Positions 35,598-44,117 of a DNA stretch of 64,000 nt are shown here, piece by piece. Under the pieces are notes generated by a model. The model was given only the letters and a program-made list of their open reading frames with translations, was not told where the DNA came from and made no database searches. Source of the DNA: Anaerolineae bacterium (GTDB lineage Bacteria; Chloroflexota; Anaerolineae; Aggregatilineales; Phototrophicaceae); the NCBI GenBank assembly GCA_034421915.1, contig DAOUKA010000187.1, positions 6,776 through 70,775 of the forward strand. The letters run 5' to 3'. Made by a program: the position numbers and the translations under genes. Position 1 is the first letter of the stretch; the number at the start of each line of letters is the position of its first letter.

Positions 35598-36575
35598 TTA
35601 AAACAGTCTGTCAAGCTCGCTGATGTCCATGTGTCCGCCCTGTGTCGCCACCAGCGCCGCGGCGCCTACCAGGGCAACATCGTCGCCCAATGCCGCTCTT
35701 TCGATTTTAAGCCCGGCCGTATAGGAATCATCCAGCACATGGTCGCGGATGGCTTGGTGCATCGGCTGGAACAGCAGGTCGCCCGTTTTGGTGACGCCGC
35801 CGCCCAAGATGACAATCTCCGGATTGAACAAATGGAGCGCGGTCACAATGCCTAAACCCATAATCCGCCCGGCATAAGCGAGTTGCCTGATGGCTGCGCG
35901 GTCTCCCTGGGCAGCTGCCTGCCCGACCACTTTCGCGTCAATTTTGCTCAAATCGCTATTCACCAGGCGGGTGATGAGGGATTTTTCGCCAGCTTGAATA
36001 TGCTGCTTCGCTCGTCTGGCGATGGCAGGCCCGGCCGCTTCAAGTTCCAGTGTCGATACTTTGCCCTGTTCAACGATGACAGGTATGTGTCCCAATTCCG
36101 CCGCCAGCCCTTTCTGACCTAGCAAGAGCCGCCCGTCGCAAATCATGCCGCTGCCGATGCCCGTGCTGATGGTGATGTAGACGACATGGCGATAACCCTG
36201 CGCCGCGCCTTTTGATGCCTCTGCCAGCGCAGCCACATTGGCATCATTGCCGATAAACACGGGCAATGCAAACTCTGCTTGAACGATTTTGCCCAGGGGG
36301 ACATCGTGCCAGCCCTTCAGATTAGGGGGCGCGATAATAACGCCTGTGGCTGGATTCAGCGGACCTGGTGATGAAAAACCAATCCCCAATACCGCGTCTC
36401 GGTTCGCAGGCATCACCTTGTGAATATACGTCTTGATGCGATTCAAGGTCGGCTGCAAACCTTCATCCGCCAGCGTCAAAGTGTTTTCGCGCTGCAATAG
36501 TTTGAGCTTGTGGTCATAGCGCGCGGTTCGAATCTGCGTACCGCCTAAATCCACGGCGATAATCTCTTTTGGCAT
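35598..36575 (-). CDS. ROK-family sugar kinase (glucokinase-like)
   Basis: IAVDLGGTQIR, GNDANVAALAE and ELGHI. The CxCGxxGCxE zinc motif is absent. Confidence 0.85.
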   Translation of the reverse strand: MPKEIIAVDLGGTQIRTARYDHKLKLLQRENTLTLADEGLQPTLNRIKTYIHKVMPANRDAVLGIGFSSPGPLNPATGVIIAPPNLKGWHDVPLGKIVQAEFALPVFIGNDANVAALAEASKGAAQGYRHVVYITISTGIGSGMICDGRLLLGQKGLAAELGHIPVIVEQGKVSTLELEAAGPAIARRAKQHIQAGEKSLITRLVNSDLSKIDAKVVGQAAAQGDRAAIRQLAYAGRIMGLGIVTALHLFNPEIVILGGGVTKTGDLLFQPMHQAIRDHVLDDSYTAGLKIERAALGDDVALVGAAALVATQGGHMDISELDRLF

Positions 36576-36713
36576 GGGGACTTCCTCTCTTGCAGGGCAT
36601 CAATAAAAGGACATACCTGCTGTCCAACTTGAAGCGCTTCATTCACCCTGATAGAATAACATAAATTACAGCCAGTATTAAGTTCGACAGTTTGGACGAT
36701 TGGGGGGAAGTTG

Positions 36714-39317
36714 ATGGCGCGTGTTACACCGATGCGGCGGCAATATCTGGATATCAAGAGCCAATATCCAGACTGCATCCTGATGTTTCGTATGGGTGAT
36801 TTTTATGAGATGTTTGACCAAGATGCCGAAATTGCCGCCCGCGAACTTGACATTACCTTGACCTCCCGTGTGCATAGTAAAGGCAGCGCCAAGATACCTA
36901 TGGCGGGCGTGCCTTATCATTCGGTGGATGGCTATATTGCCCGGTTAATCGAAGGCGGCTATCACGTCGCGGTTTGCGACCAGATGAGCGAGCCAACCGG
37001 CCGCGGGATTGTCGAGCGGGAAGTGACGCGCGTGATGACCCCCGGCACCGTCGTCGAGCCAGCGCTTTTGGACGAAGGCAAAGCCAACTATCTGATGGGG
37101 ATTCTGCCAGTGGGTGACCCGAAGACGGGGCGCTGGACAAAAGCAGGCATCGCTTTTGCCGATATTTCCACCGGTGAATTCAGCGCTACCCAATTTGAAG
37201 GCGAGGATGTGGGGATGCTGGTATTCGAGGAACTGGCGCGGGTGGCGCCGCGGGAAGTCATCATGCCGGAGAGTTGGCATCAACGCGGCGTTACCTTGCC
37301 CGAAGGCATTCACCTCAGTTCGGTGCAGGATTGGACCTTTGAATTGGCTGGCGCCGAACAGTTGCTGCGGGATCATTTTCGGGTGAGTACGTTGGATGGC
37401 TATGGATTGCAAGGTCAAGCCTATGCGGTGTCGGCAGCGGGCGGGGTCTTGCAGTATCTGCGCACGACGCAGAAAAATTCGCTCGGTCAACTGGTAAATA
37501 TCCGCTCTTATTCGACCGCCGCCTTTATGGTGCTGGATCAATTTACACGCCGCAACCTCGAACTGGTGGAGACCATCCGCCAGCGCAAGACACACGGCAG
37601 CCTGCTGGGTATTTTAGACCGCAGCGTGACGGCGATGGGCGCTCGCCTGTTGCGAACCTGGATTAACCAGCCCTTGCTGGAAATCAAGCGGCTGAATGCC
37701 CGTCTGGATGCGGTCGAGGCTTTGGCAAGCACGGATATGCTGCGTGATGAAATCGCGGCCGAATTGAAGCAGGTTGCCGATATTGAACGACTCACCAATC
37801 GGATTGTCATCGGCAAGGCGGGTCCGCGCGATTTGGCTGCCTTGCGAAGTGCGCTGGCGGTTGTCCCGCAGTTGCGGGAGTTGATTGAAGGGCTTGTCGA
37901 TTTGTCCGCCATTGCCGAGCGGCTTGACCCCTGCGAGCCGATGTTCGACCTGATTGCCGCTGCCATTGTGGATGACCCACCAACAGCAGCGAATACGATT
38001 GGCATCATTCGCGCGGGTTATTCGGCTGAACTGGATCATATTTTTAAGTCGAGCAAGGATGCGCGAGACTGGATTGCCGACTTGGAGTCGCATGAGCGCC
38101 GCCGCACGGGCATTGCCAGCATCAAGGTCGGTTTTAACAAAATTTTTGGTTATTATATCGAGGTATCCAAAGCGCATACTGATAAAGTTCCTCAGGATTA
38201 TGTCCGCAAGCAGACGCTTGTCAATGCCGAGCGTTATATCACGCCCGAACTCAAAGAGTATGAGGCGCTGGTTCTTCATGCCGAGGAAGAAATTCTGGAG
38301 ACCGAACGGCGCTTGTTTGCCGACCTTTGTCAGCAAGTGGCAAAGTACCGCAGCAGCTTGCTGAAAACCGCTCGCGCCATCGCGCATTTGGATGCGTTTC
38401 TGTCCTTGGCGGAGGTCGCGGTGCGGGAGGGGTATGTGCGGCCGCAACTGACGGAAGACAATGTGCTGCATATCAAGGCGGGCAGGCATCCAGTGGTCGA
38501 GAAACTGCTGGAAGGCACAACCCGCTATGTCGCCAATGACAGTAGCTTTGACAGCGCGGCGCGGGTGCATATCATCACTGGTCCCAACATGTCCGGCAAA
38601 TCGACCTACATTCGGCAGGTTGCGATTATTACGCTGATGGCACAAATTGGAAGTTTCGTGTCAGCGGATTCGGCGACGGTTGGATTGGTGGATCGCATTT
38701 TTGCGCGAATTGGGGCGCAGGATGAAATCCATGCCGGACAAAGCACATTTATGGTCGAAATGGTGGAAACAGCCCGTTTGTTATCTGGCAGCACTGAACG
38801 AAGCCTGCTGATACTGGATGAAATCGGGCGCGGCACCTCCACTTACGACGGCCTGGCGATTGCGCGGGCGGTCATCGAATATATCCACAATAACCCGCGT
38901 CTGAACTGTCGGACATTGTTCGCCACCCATTATCACGAATTAACTGAATTGCCGAATATCCTGCCGCGCACCATCAATCATAATGTGGCGGTGGCCGAGC
39001 AGGGCGAAGACATTGTATTCTTGCACAAGGTCAAGCCCGGCGGCGCCGACCAAAGTTATGGGGTGCATGTGGCGCGGCTGGCGGGGATGCCCCGTTCGGT
39101 TGTGGAACGGGCGCGTGAATTGCTGCTTCAGCTGGAAAGGGATGGCAGCGATTTTGCGCTGTACAAGCCGAAAAGTGACCGCAAACAACTCAGCTTCTTT
39201 GATGTGCCAGAGAACCCGGCGATGAACGCGCTGCGTGCTTTGGAAGTGGATAATCTCAGCCCACTGGAAGCGCTTACCCAGCTTTATGAACTCAAGCGAA
39301 TGGCGGCCGAGGATTAG
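36714..39317 (+). CDS. mutS: DNA mismatch repair protein MutS
   Basis: MRRQYLDIKSQYPDCILMFRMGDFYEMF, Walker A GPNMSGKST, DEIGRGTSTYDG. ATG at 36714, with TTG at 36711 as the alternative. Confidence 0.95.
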   Translation: MARVTPMRRQYLDIKSQYPDCILMFRMGDFYEMFDQDAEIAARELDITLTSRVHSKGSAKIPMAGVPYHSVDGYIARLIEGGYHVAVCDQMSEPTGRGIVEREVTRVMTPGTVVEPALLDEGKANYLMGILPVGDPKTGRWTKAGIAFADISTGEFSATQFEGEDVGMLVFEELARVAPREVIMPESWHQRGVTLPEGIHLSSVQDWTFELAGAEQLLRDHFRVSTLDGYGLQGQAYAVSAAGGVLQYLRTTQKNSLGQLVNIRSYSTAAFMVLDQFTRRNLELVETIRQRKTHGSLLGILDRSVTAMGARLLRTWINQPLLEIKRLNARLDAVEALASTDMLRDEIAAELKQVADIERLTNRIVIGKAGPRDLAALRSALAVVPQLRELIEGLVDLSAIAERLDPCEPMFDLIAAAIVDDPPTAANTIGIIRAGYSAELDHIFKSSKDARDWIADLESHERRRTGIASIKVGFNKIFGYYIEVSKAHTDKVPQDYVRKQTLVNAERYITPELKEYEALVLHAEEEILETERRLFADLCQQVAKYRSSLLKTARAIAHLDAFLSLAEVAVREGYVRPQLTEDNVLHIKAGRHPVVEKLLEGTTRYVANDSSFDSAARVHIITGPNMSGKSTYIRQVAIITLMAQIGSFVSADSATVGLVDRIFARIGAQDEIHAGQSTFMVEMVETARLLSGSTERSLLILDEIGRGTSTYDGLAIARAVIEYIHNNPRLNCRTLFATHYHELTELPNILPRTINHNVAVAEQGEDIVFLHKVKPGGADQSYGVHVARLAGMPRSVVERARELLLQLERDGSDFALYKPKSDRKQLSFFDVPENPAMNALRALEVDNLSPLEALTQLYELKRMAAED

Positions 39318-40109
39318 ATGGACGCCTCCAAAACGATTGTGATTGCGACCCATCGGCGCTCCGGAACCCATTGGACGATTGATGCGCTGCGCAACAACAG
39401 CCCTGATATTTGCGATACCTTTTTGACGCTGGAACGCATTGGAGCCAACCATGATGCTCCGATTCCCCTGGATGACTTTCGCATGCAGCTGGAATCGCTG
39501 GAGGGACGGGTGATTATCAAGGTGCATGACCTGCCGACAGCGACTTATTGGAAAGGTGAGGCGGAACGAAAATTTGCCCGCTCGGTTTTGGGCAGCTCGC
39601 CCATTATTTATGTGCATCGGGACGGGCGCGATGTGATGGTGTCCTTGTATTATTACATGCAGTCCTTTAGCGAGAGGGTGCAAGGACAGTCGTTTTCAGA
39701 GTTTCTGCGCGGGGAGGCGTCTCTGGATGGTGTTGCCACTGGCTTGAGCCGTCCAGCTTATTGGGCGCATCATGTGGGTGTCTGGCTGGCACAGCCGAAC
39801 TTGCTGGCGGTCTCGTATCAGGCTTTGGAATCGGATTATGAGGCGACGCTGCGTCAAATGGCGGATTTCCTGGAGGTGAGATTGAATCGTTCCCTGCAGA
39901 AAATCAGGCTGCCGACCGCTCCGAAAAAGCCGACTTATTACCAGCGAATAAAATGGAAACTGGGCCTCAAGCCGAAGAGGCTGTCTTCGGCGGTGCAGCC
40001 CCGCCGCGGCAAAAGCGGCGACTGGCGGTCTCACTTTAACGAGCATGACCTTGCCTTTTTCGTATCTGAGGCAGGCGAGGTGATGCGGCGATTGGATTAT
40101 TTGGCGTGA
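39318..40109 (+). CDS. PAPS-dependent (Sulfotransfer_1-type) sulfotransferase
   Basis: 5'-PSB-like HRRSGTHW, 3'-PB-like YVHRDGRDVMVS, and C-terminal RRGKSGDWRSHF. The ATG directly follows the mutS TAG. Confidence 0.8.
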   Translation: MDASKTIVIATHRRSGTHWTIDALRNNSPDICDTFLTLERIGANHDAPIPLDDFRMQLESLEGRVIIKVHDLPTATYWKGEAERKFARSVLGSSPIIYVHRDGRDVMVSLYYYMQSFSERVQGQSFSEFLRGEASLDGVATGLSRPAYWAHHVGVWLAQPNLLAVSYQALESDYEATLRQMADFLEVRLNRSLQKIRLPTAPKKPTYYQRIKWKLGLKPKRLSSAVQPRRGKSGDWRSHFNEHDLAFFVSEAGEVMRRLDYLA

Positions 40110-40115
40110 ATGACT

Positions 40116-41498
40116 TCAGTTTCCGCCGACCATCGTCGCCGCTCGAAAAGCAACAACGTGGTAGATTTCATAGAAAACTGTCAAGAGCATCAACAGGTAG
40201 ACGGTGTGAAACACTTTGATTGGGCGTTGAAATATCTTAAATTGGAGAGACTGTATCTGCGATGAATGCACGGCAAGCCCGATTGTCCATAATAGCGGAA
40301 TGACTAATGCCAAAAATGTTCGGGGTCCTTCGCCTATGAGGGGCACATACCAGGCAAACGACAAAGCATATAGTGTGAAAAACAATAGAACGTACCAGGC
40401 GACGTATATGTATTTGTAATTGTTTCGCAGTTGGATGCCTTTGAAAAACAGTATTGGCAGACTAATCGCAAGAATAATCAGGCTCAATCCGACCTGACTG
40501 CAATAACCATATCTGTACTTACTATGTTTGCCGTAGCATCCAGACCAGAGTATTTGTGTAATGCCTTGCCGAAGTCGGTCGATAATTTCATCTGCTGAAT
40601 GTTCCTCAAGATATTTGCTTAAACTGGGTATTTCTTCGTGGGGCATGTGGGGCCAACCTCTTCTGTCGCCCGCAAGCCGCGTACCATTTTTAACTTCCTC
40701 CCAAGAATCATACCACATATAGAAAGTGGTATTGACGTTGTAGAAATAGGTGCCGTATTTTTCTTTACTTTCCTGAAAATAGGGGAATAGCAAAATCATA
40801 AACACCGCGAGCGGCGCAAGAGCAGATAAGACTGTCTCAATCATCCATTTTCGATCCAAATCGCGGCTAAACGACCTGAGAAAAAACAGGATGCCATAAC
40901 TGCTTATGAAGATGAATAATCCCGGCAAGGCGCTCGCTTTGCTAAGGTGTGCCAAGGCAAACAACAGGCCGACCCCAATGGATTTGTACCACTTGGGGGA
41001 TATGAGCGTATCGAGCGACAGGATGAAGGCAAAGCCAAACAAAGTGTAAAACAGAATCTCGGTTTGGAAGAAAGGAGACTTAATGGCAAATACGAGAAAA
41101 GCAATCACTAGCAGCGCATAAAAAGCATAGACTTTGGAGAACTTTGCGAAAAAAGCGATTCCAAGCGTCAACAGGCAGACTAAGGATAAAGCTATATTGA
41201 GTTGCTTGCCCTGTTCGAAAAATGCTTCGTCATCCATCCCTGGCGAATAAAATAGAGCCTGGAGCCAAGGATAAAGCGGCATACGATTGCGTGAGCCAGT
41301 GTATTGCAGATGGGTTTCGTAGGCTTCTTTTGCAAAGTTCATGTATGCGCCCTGGTCGTGTCTGGTCAAATCGTTGTTGACTTTGCTTTGCTGTTGGGCG
41401 GCTTGCAAATACAGCTGGAGGAAAAACAGCACAATGCCCAGCGCCAGCAATGCTTTCACGATGCGTTTGGCGTTAATGAAGGCTAACACGTTAATCAT
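40116..41498 (-). CDS. GT-C-like (PMT/ArnT-type) integral membrane glycosyltransferase, paralogue 1
   Basis: About 460 aa with at least 11 TM segments and a first-loop acidic motif DLTRHDQGAYMNFAKEAY. About 70% identical by eye to the next gene. Start trimmed to ATG 41498. Confidence 0.6.
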   Translation of the reverse strand: MINVLAFINAKRIVKALLALGIVLFFLQLYLQAAQQQSKVNNDLTRHDQGAYMNFAKEAYETHLQYTGSRNRMPLYPWLQALFYSPGMDDEAFFEQGKQLNIALSLVCLLTLGIAFFAKFSKVYAFYALLVIAFLVFAIKSPFFQTEILFYTLFGFAFILSLDTLISPKWYKSIGVGLLFALAHLSKASALPGLFIFISSYGILFFLRSFSRDLDRKWMIETVLSALAPLAVFMILLFPYFQESKEKYGTYFYNVNTTFYMWYDSWEEVKNGTRLAGDRRGWPHMPHEEIPSLSKYLEEHSADEIIDRLRQGITQILWSGCYGKHSKYRYGYCSQVGLSLIILAISLPILFFKGIQLRNNYKYIYVAWYVLLFFTLYALSFAWYVPLIGEGPRTFLALVIPLLWTIGLAVHSSQIQSLQFKIFQRPIKVFHTVYLLMLLTVFYEIYHVVAFRAATMVGGN

Positions 41499-41574
41499 CC
41501 CCTGCGGAGCGAGTGGATTCGGGACGGGGTGATGCGGCGATTGGGTTATTTGGAATGGGCCTTGGGACGGGCAT

Positions 41575-42945
41575 TTATTTGCCGCCGTATAGCAGCACCG
41601 CACGATAAGTGGCGAGCTGGTAGATTTCAAAGAACACGGTTATGATCATCATCCCATAAACAATGTAGATAACACGGATTGGGCGCTGGAATAATATAAG
41701 TTGCAAAGATTGTATCTGCGGCGAATGAATGATGAATCCAGTTATCCATAGCAATGGAATCATCAATGACAGGATAGTTCTGGGCCCTTTGGCGATAGGT
41801 GTGTACCATATCAATGAGGCAACATACAACATAAAAAACAACAGGACATACCAGACAATGTGCCAATGCTTGTAACTGCTTTGCAACTGGAAACCTTTGA
41901 GAAGCATCGGCAGGCTAAGTGCAAAGACAAGCAACCCCAATCCGACTTGAGCGCAATATCCGTACACATAGCTCCAATTTCTGTTGACAGCAGCACAGCT
42001 GTAAGCGTGCAGTTCGATAATGTTGTCCCTGAAGCGCCGGAGTATCTCATGCAATGAATGTCCCTCAAGGTACTTGCTTAAACTGGGCAGTTCTTCTGTG
42101 GGCAAATTAGCCCAACCCCCTTGTTCCTCCACCAGCTTGGTGGCATGTCTGGCTTCATCCCACGAATCATACCACATATAAAAAGAGGTGTTGATATTGT
42201 AGAAATAAGCGCCGTACTTTTCTTTGCTCTCCTGAAAATAAGGGAACAGCAAGACCATAAATACGGCAAGCGGCGCGAGGGCATAACAGACCGTCTTGAT
42301 TATCCATTTTTGTTCCAGCTTGCCGTTGAACAACCTGAGCAAAAGCAGGATGCCATAACTGCTTATGAAAATAAACAAGCCCGGCATGGCGCTGGCTTTG
42401 CTGAAGTGAGCCAGCGCAAACAACAGGCCGACTCCAATGGACTTGTACCACTTGGGGGATATGAGCGTATCGAGCGACAGGATGAAGGCAAAGCCAAACA
42501 AGGTGTAAAACAGAATCTCGGTTTGGAAGAAGGGAGCTTTGATGGCAAATACCAGAAAGGCGATTACTAACATGGCATAGAAAGCATAGATTTTGGAAAA
42601 CTTTCTGAAAAAGACGATGCCGAGAACCCATAAACAAGCTAAAGATAAAATGACGTTGAACTGTTTCCCCTGTTCAAAAAATGCTTCGTCATCCATCTCC
42701 GGCGAATAAAACAAGGCCTGGAGCCAAGGATAAAGCGGCATGCGATTGCGAGTTGCTGTGTATTGAAAACGGGACTCGTATGCCTGTTTCGCAATATCCA
42801 TGTATAAACTCTGGTCACTTCTGGTTAAATCGTTGTTGACCTCGCTTTGCTGGCGGGCAATATCCAGATACAGCTGGAGGAAAAACAGCCCAATGCCCAA
42901 TGCCAGCAATGCTTTCCTGATGTGTTTGACGTTAATGAAAGCCAA
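41575..42945 (-). CDS. GT-C-like integral membrane glycosyltransferase, paralogue 2
   Basis: 456 aa with DLTRSDQSLYMDIAKQAY. TTG start lies 9 nt after AGGAGGAG, which sits inside the last codons of the upstream gene. Confidence 0.6.
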   Translation of the reverse strand: MAFINVKHIRKALLALGIGLFFLQLYLDIARQQSEVNNDLTRSDQSLYMDIAKQAYESRFQYTATRNRMPLYPWLQALFYSPEMDDEAFFEQGKQFNVILSLACLWVLGIVFFRKFSKIYAFYAMLVIAFLVFAIKAPFFQTEILFYTLFGFAFILSLDTLISPKWYKSIGVGLLFALAHFSKASAMPGLFIFISSYGILLLLRLFNGKLEQKWIIKTVCYALAPLAVFMVLLFPYFQESKEKYGAYFYNINTSFYMWYDSWDEARHATKLVEEQGGWANLPTEELPSLSKYLEGHSLHEILRRFRDNIIELHAYSCAAVNRNWSYVYGYCAQVGLGLLVFALSLPMLLKGFQLQSSYKHWHIVWYVLLFFMLYVASLIWYTPIAKGPRTILSLMIPLLWITGFIIHSPQIQSLQLILFQRPIRVIYIVYGMMIITVFFEIYQLATYRAVLLYGGK

Positions 42946-42949
42946 GCTG

Positions 42950-44026
42950 CTAATCTCCTCCTGGCGAGTGGGCGGCTTCGGGGCGGGGCGGCGGGATTTC
43001 TGCTTCGTCGGCTGGAATCATCCCCTCGGAAAGCAAGACCTGCTTAAAGGCGACAATCGCAACTTCAATCATATCCAGGCTGGGTTCATTGGTCGTCAAG
43101 TGTTGAAGTGCCAGATTGGGCTGGATCATGAATCGAATCCAGGGTTTGTCGAGGTTGGCGGCGCTGTATTTCAGAGATTCATAAGCGATGCCAGCGATAA
43201 TGGGAATGAATAATACACGCGACAGAATCAAAAGCGCAAATGGCGGGCGGCCAATCAATGAAAACAGGAACACACTGACAAATACGACTGTCAGCAGGAA
43301 AGCCGTCCCGCAGCGCGGATGCTCAATCGGGTAGCGGCTGACAGTTTCGGGGATGAGTTCGTCGCCGGCCTCATAGGCGTTAATCGTCTTGTGCTCGGCG
43401 CCGTGATAAGAGAATATGCGTTTGCCATCACTTGTGCGTCCAACAAACCAGATATAAACCACCAGAATCGCCAACTGTATGATGCCTTCAATCAAGTTAA
43501 TGACAAAGGCATCAAAGCCAATCGGCAGTGCCTCGTATGCCAGGAAATTGCTGTTTTCGCTGGCAACAGCGATTTCATTGCCGTCTTCGTCAACGATAAT
43601 TTCGCTTGCGGTGGTGCTGAGACCGAGCAGATTGCCGATGCCAGTGGCGGCAGTGGTGGGCAGCAGGAAAAAGATTCCCAGCCCGATGAGCAGGGAAATG
43701 GCGATGGTCGCCCAGCCGATGGGCCCATTAAAACTGATGTCCTCTTCTTCATCCAGCGCGACATCGGCCGACCACATCAAGGCGCGAATGCCAAGCCCCA
43801 GCGCATCCCACAAGCCAACCAGTCCACGCAGAAAGGGCGTGCGGGCGATGCGTCCACGATACAGCGTGGCGTTGATCCCTTGTTCGTGGATGACAATCTG
43901 TCCTTTGGGGTCGCGCACGGCGACTGCCATGGAGTGGGCGCCGCGCATCATCACGCCTTCAATGACGGCTTGCCCGCCATAAGAAAATTTTAGCTCGCCC
44001 GCCGCCCGTTTTGGTTTTTGTTCCAA
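42950..44026 (-). CDS. DUF1385 (YqhQ-like) membrane protein
   Basis: Hallmark FSYGGQAVIEGVMMRG. Start is probably TTG 44026, 4 nt after AAGGAGG; the ORF extends to 44050. Confidence 0.8.
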   Translation of the reverse strand: MEQKPKRAAGELKFSYGGQAVIEGVMMRGAHSMAVAVRDPKGQIVIHEQGINATLYRGRIARTPFLRGLVGLWDALGLGIRALMWSADVALDEEEDISFNGPIGWATIAISLLIGLGIFFLLPTTAATGIGNLLGLSTTASEIIVDEDGNEIAVASENSNFLAYEALPIGFDAFVINLIEGIIQLAILVVYIWFVGRTSDGKRIFSYHGAEHKTINAYEAGDELIPETVSRYPIEHPRCGTAFLLTVVFVSVFLFSLIGRPPFALLILSRVLFIPIIAGIAYESLKYSAANLDKPWIRFMIQPNLALQHLTTNEPSLDMIEVAIVAFKQVLLSEGMIPADEAEIPPPRPEAAHSPGGD

Positions 44027-44117
44027 GTTTCCTCCTTTTAAGCACCTCATATCATCGTGTTCACAGCTTCAATCCGCACAATATACGCCGCTTGCTGGTC
44101 AAGGTCAAGGCGCGAGC

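Larger units (their letters stand above)
40079..42988. repeat. diverged tandem duplication, two units of about 1.45 kb
   Basis: Unit boundaries are marked by GGTGATGCGGCGATTGG(A/G)TTATTTGG at 40079-40104 and 41528-41553, and by homologous ...CACTCGC...CAGG.GGA... tails at 41499-41529 and 42946-42988. Confidence 0.8.

Noticed and set aside
41499-41630. The 44-codon N-terminal extension of the 504-aa ORF (40116..41630).
   Set aside because: This stretch is the decayed duplicate of the DUF1385 and sulfotransferase 3' ends, and it overlaps the stop region of paralogue 2. Homology with paralogue 2 begins at MINVLAFINAKR.
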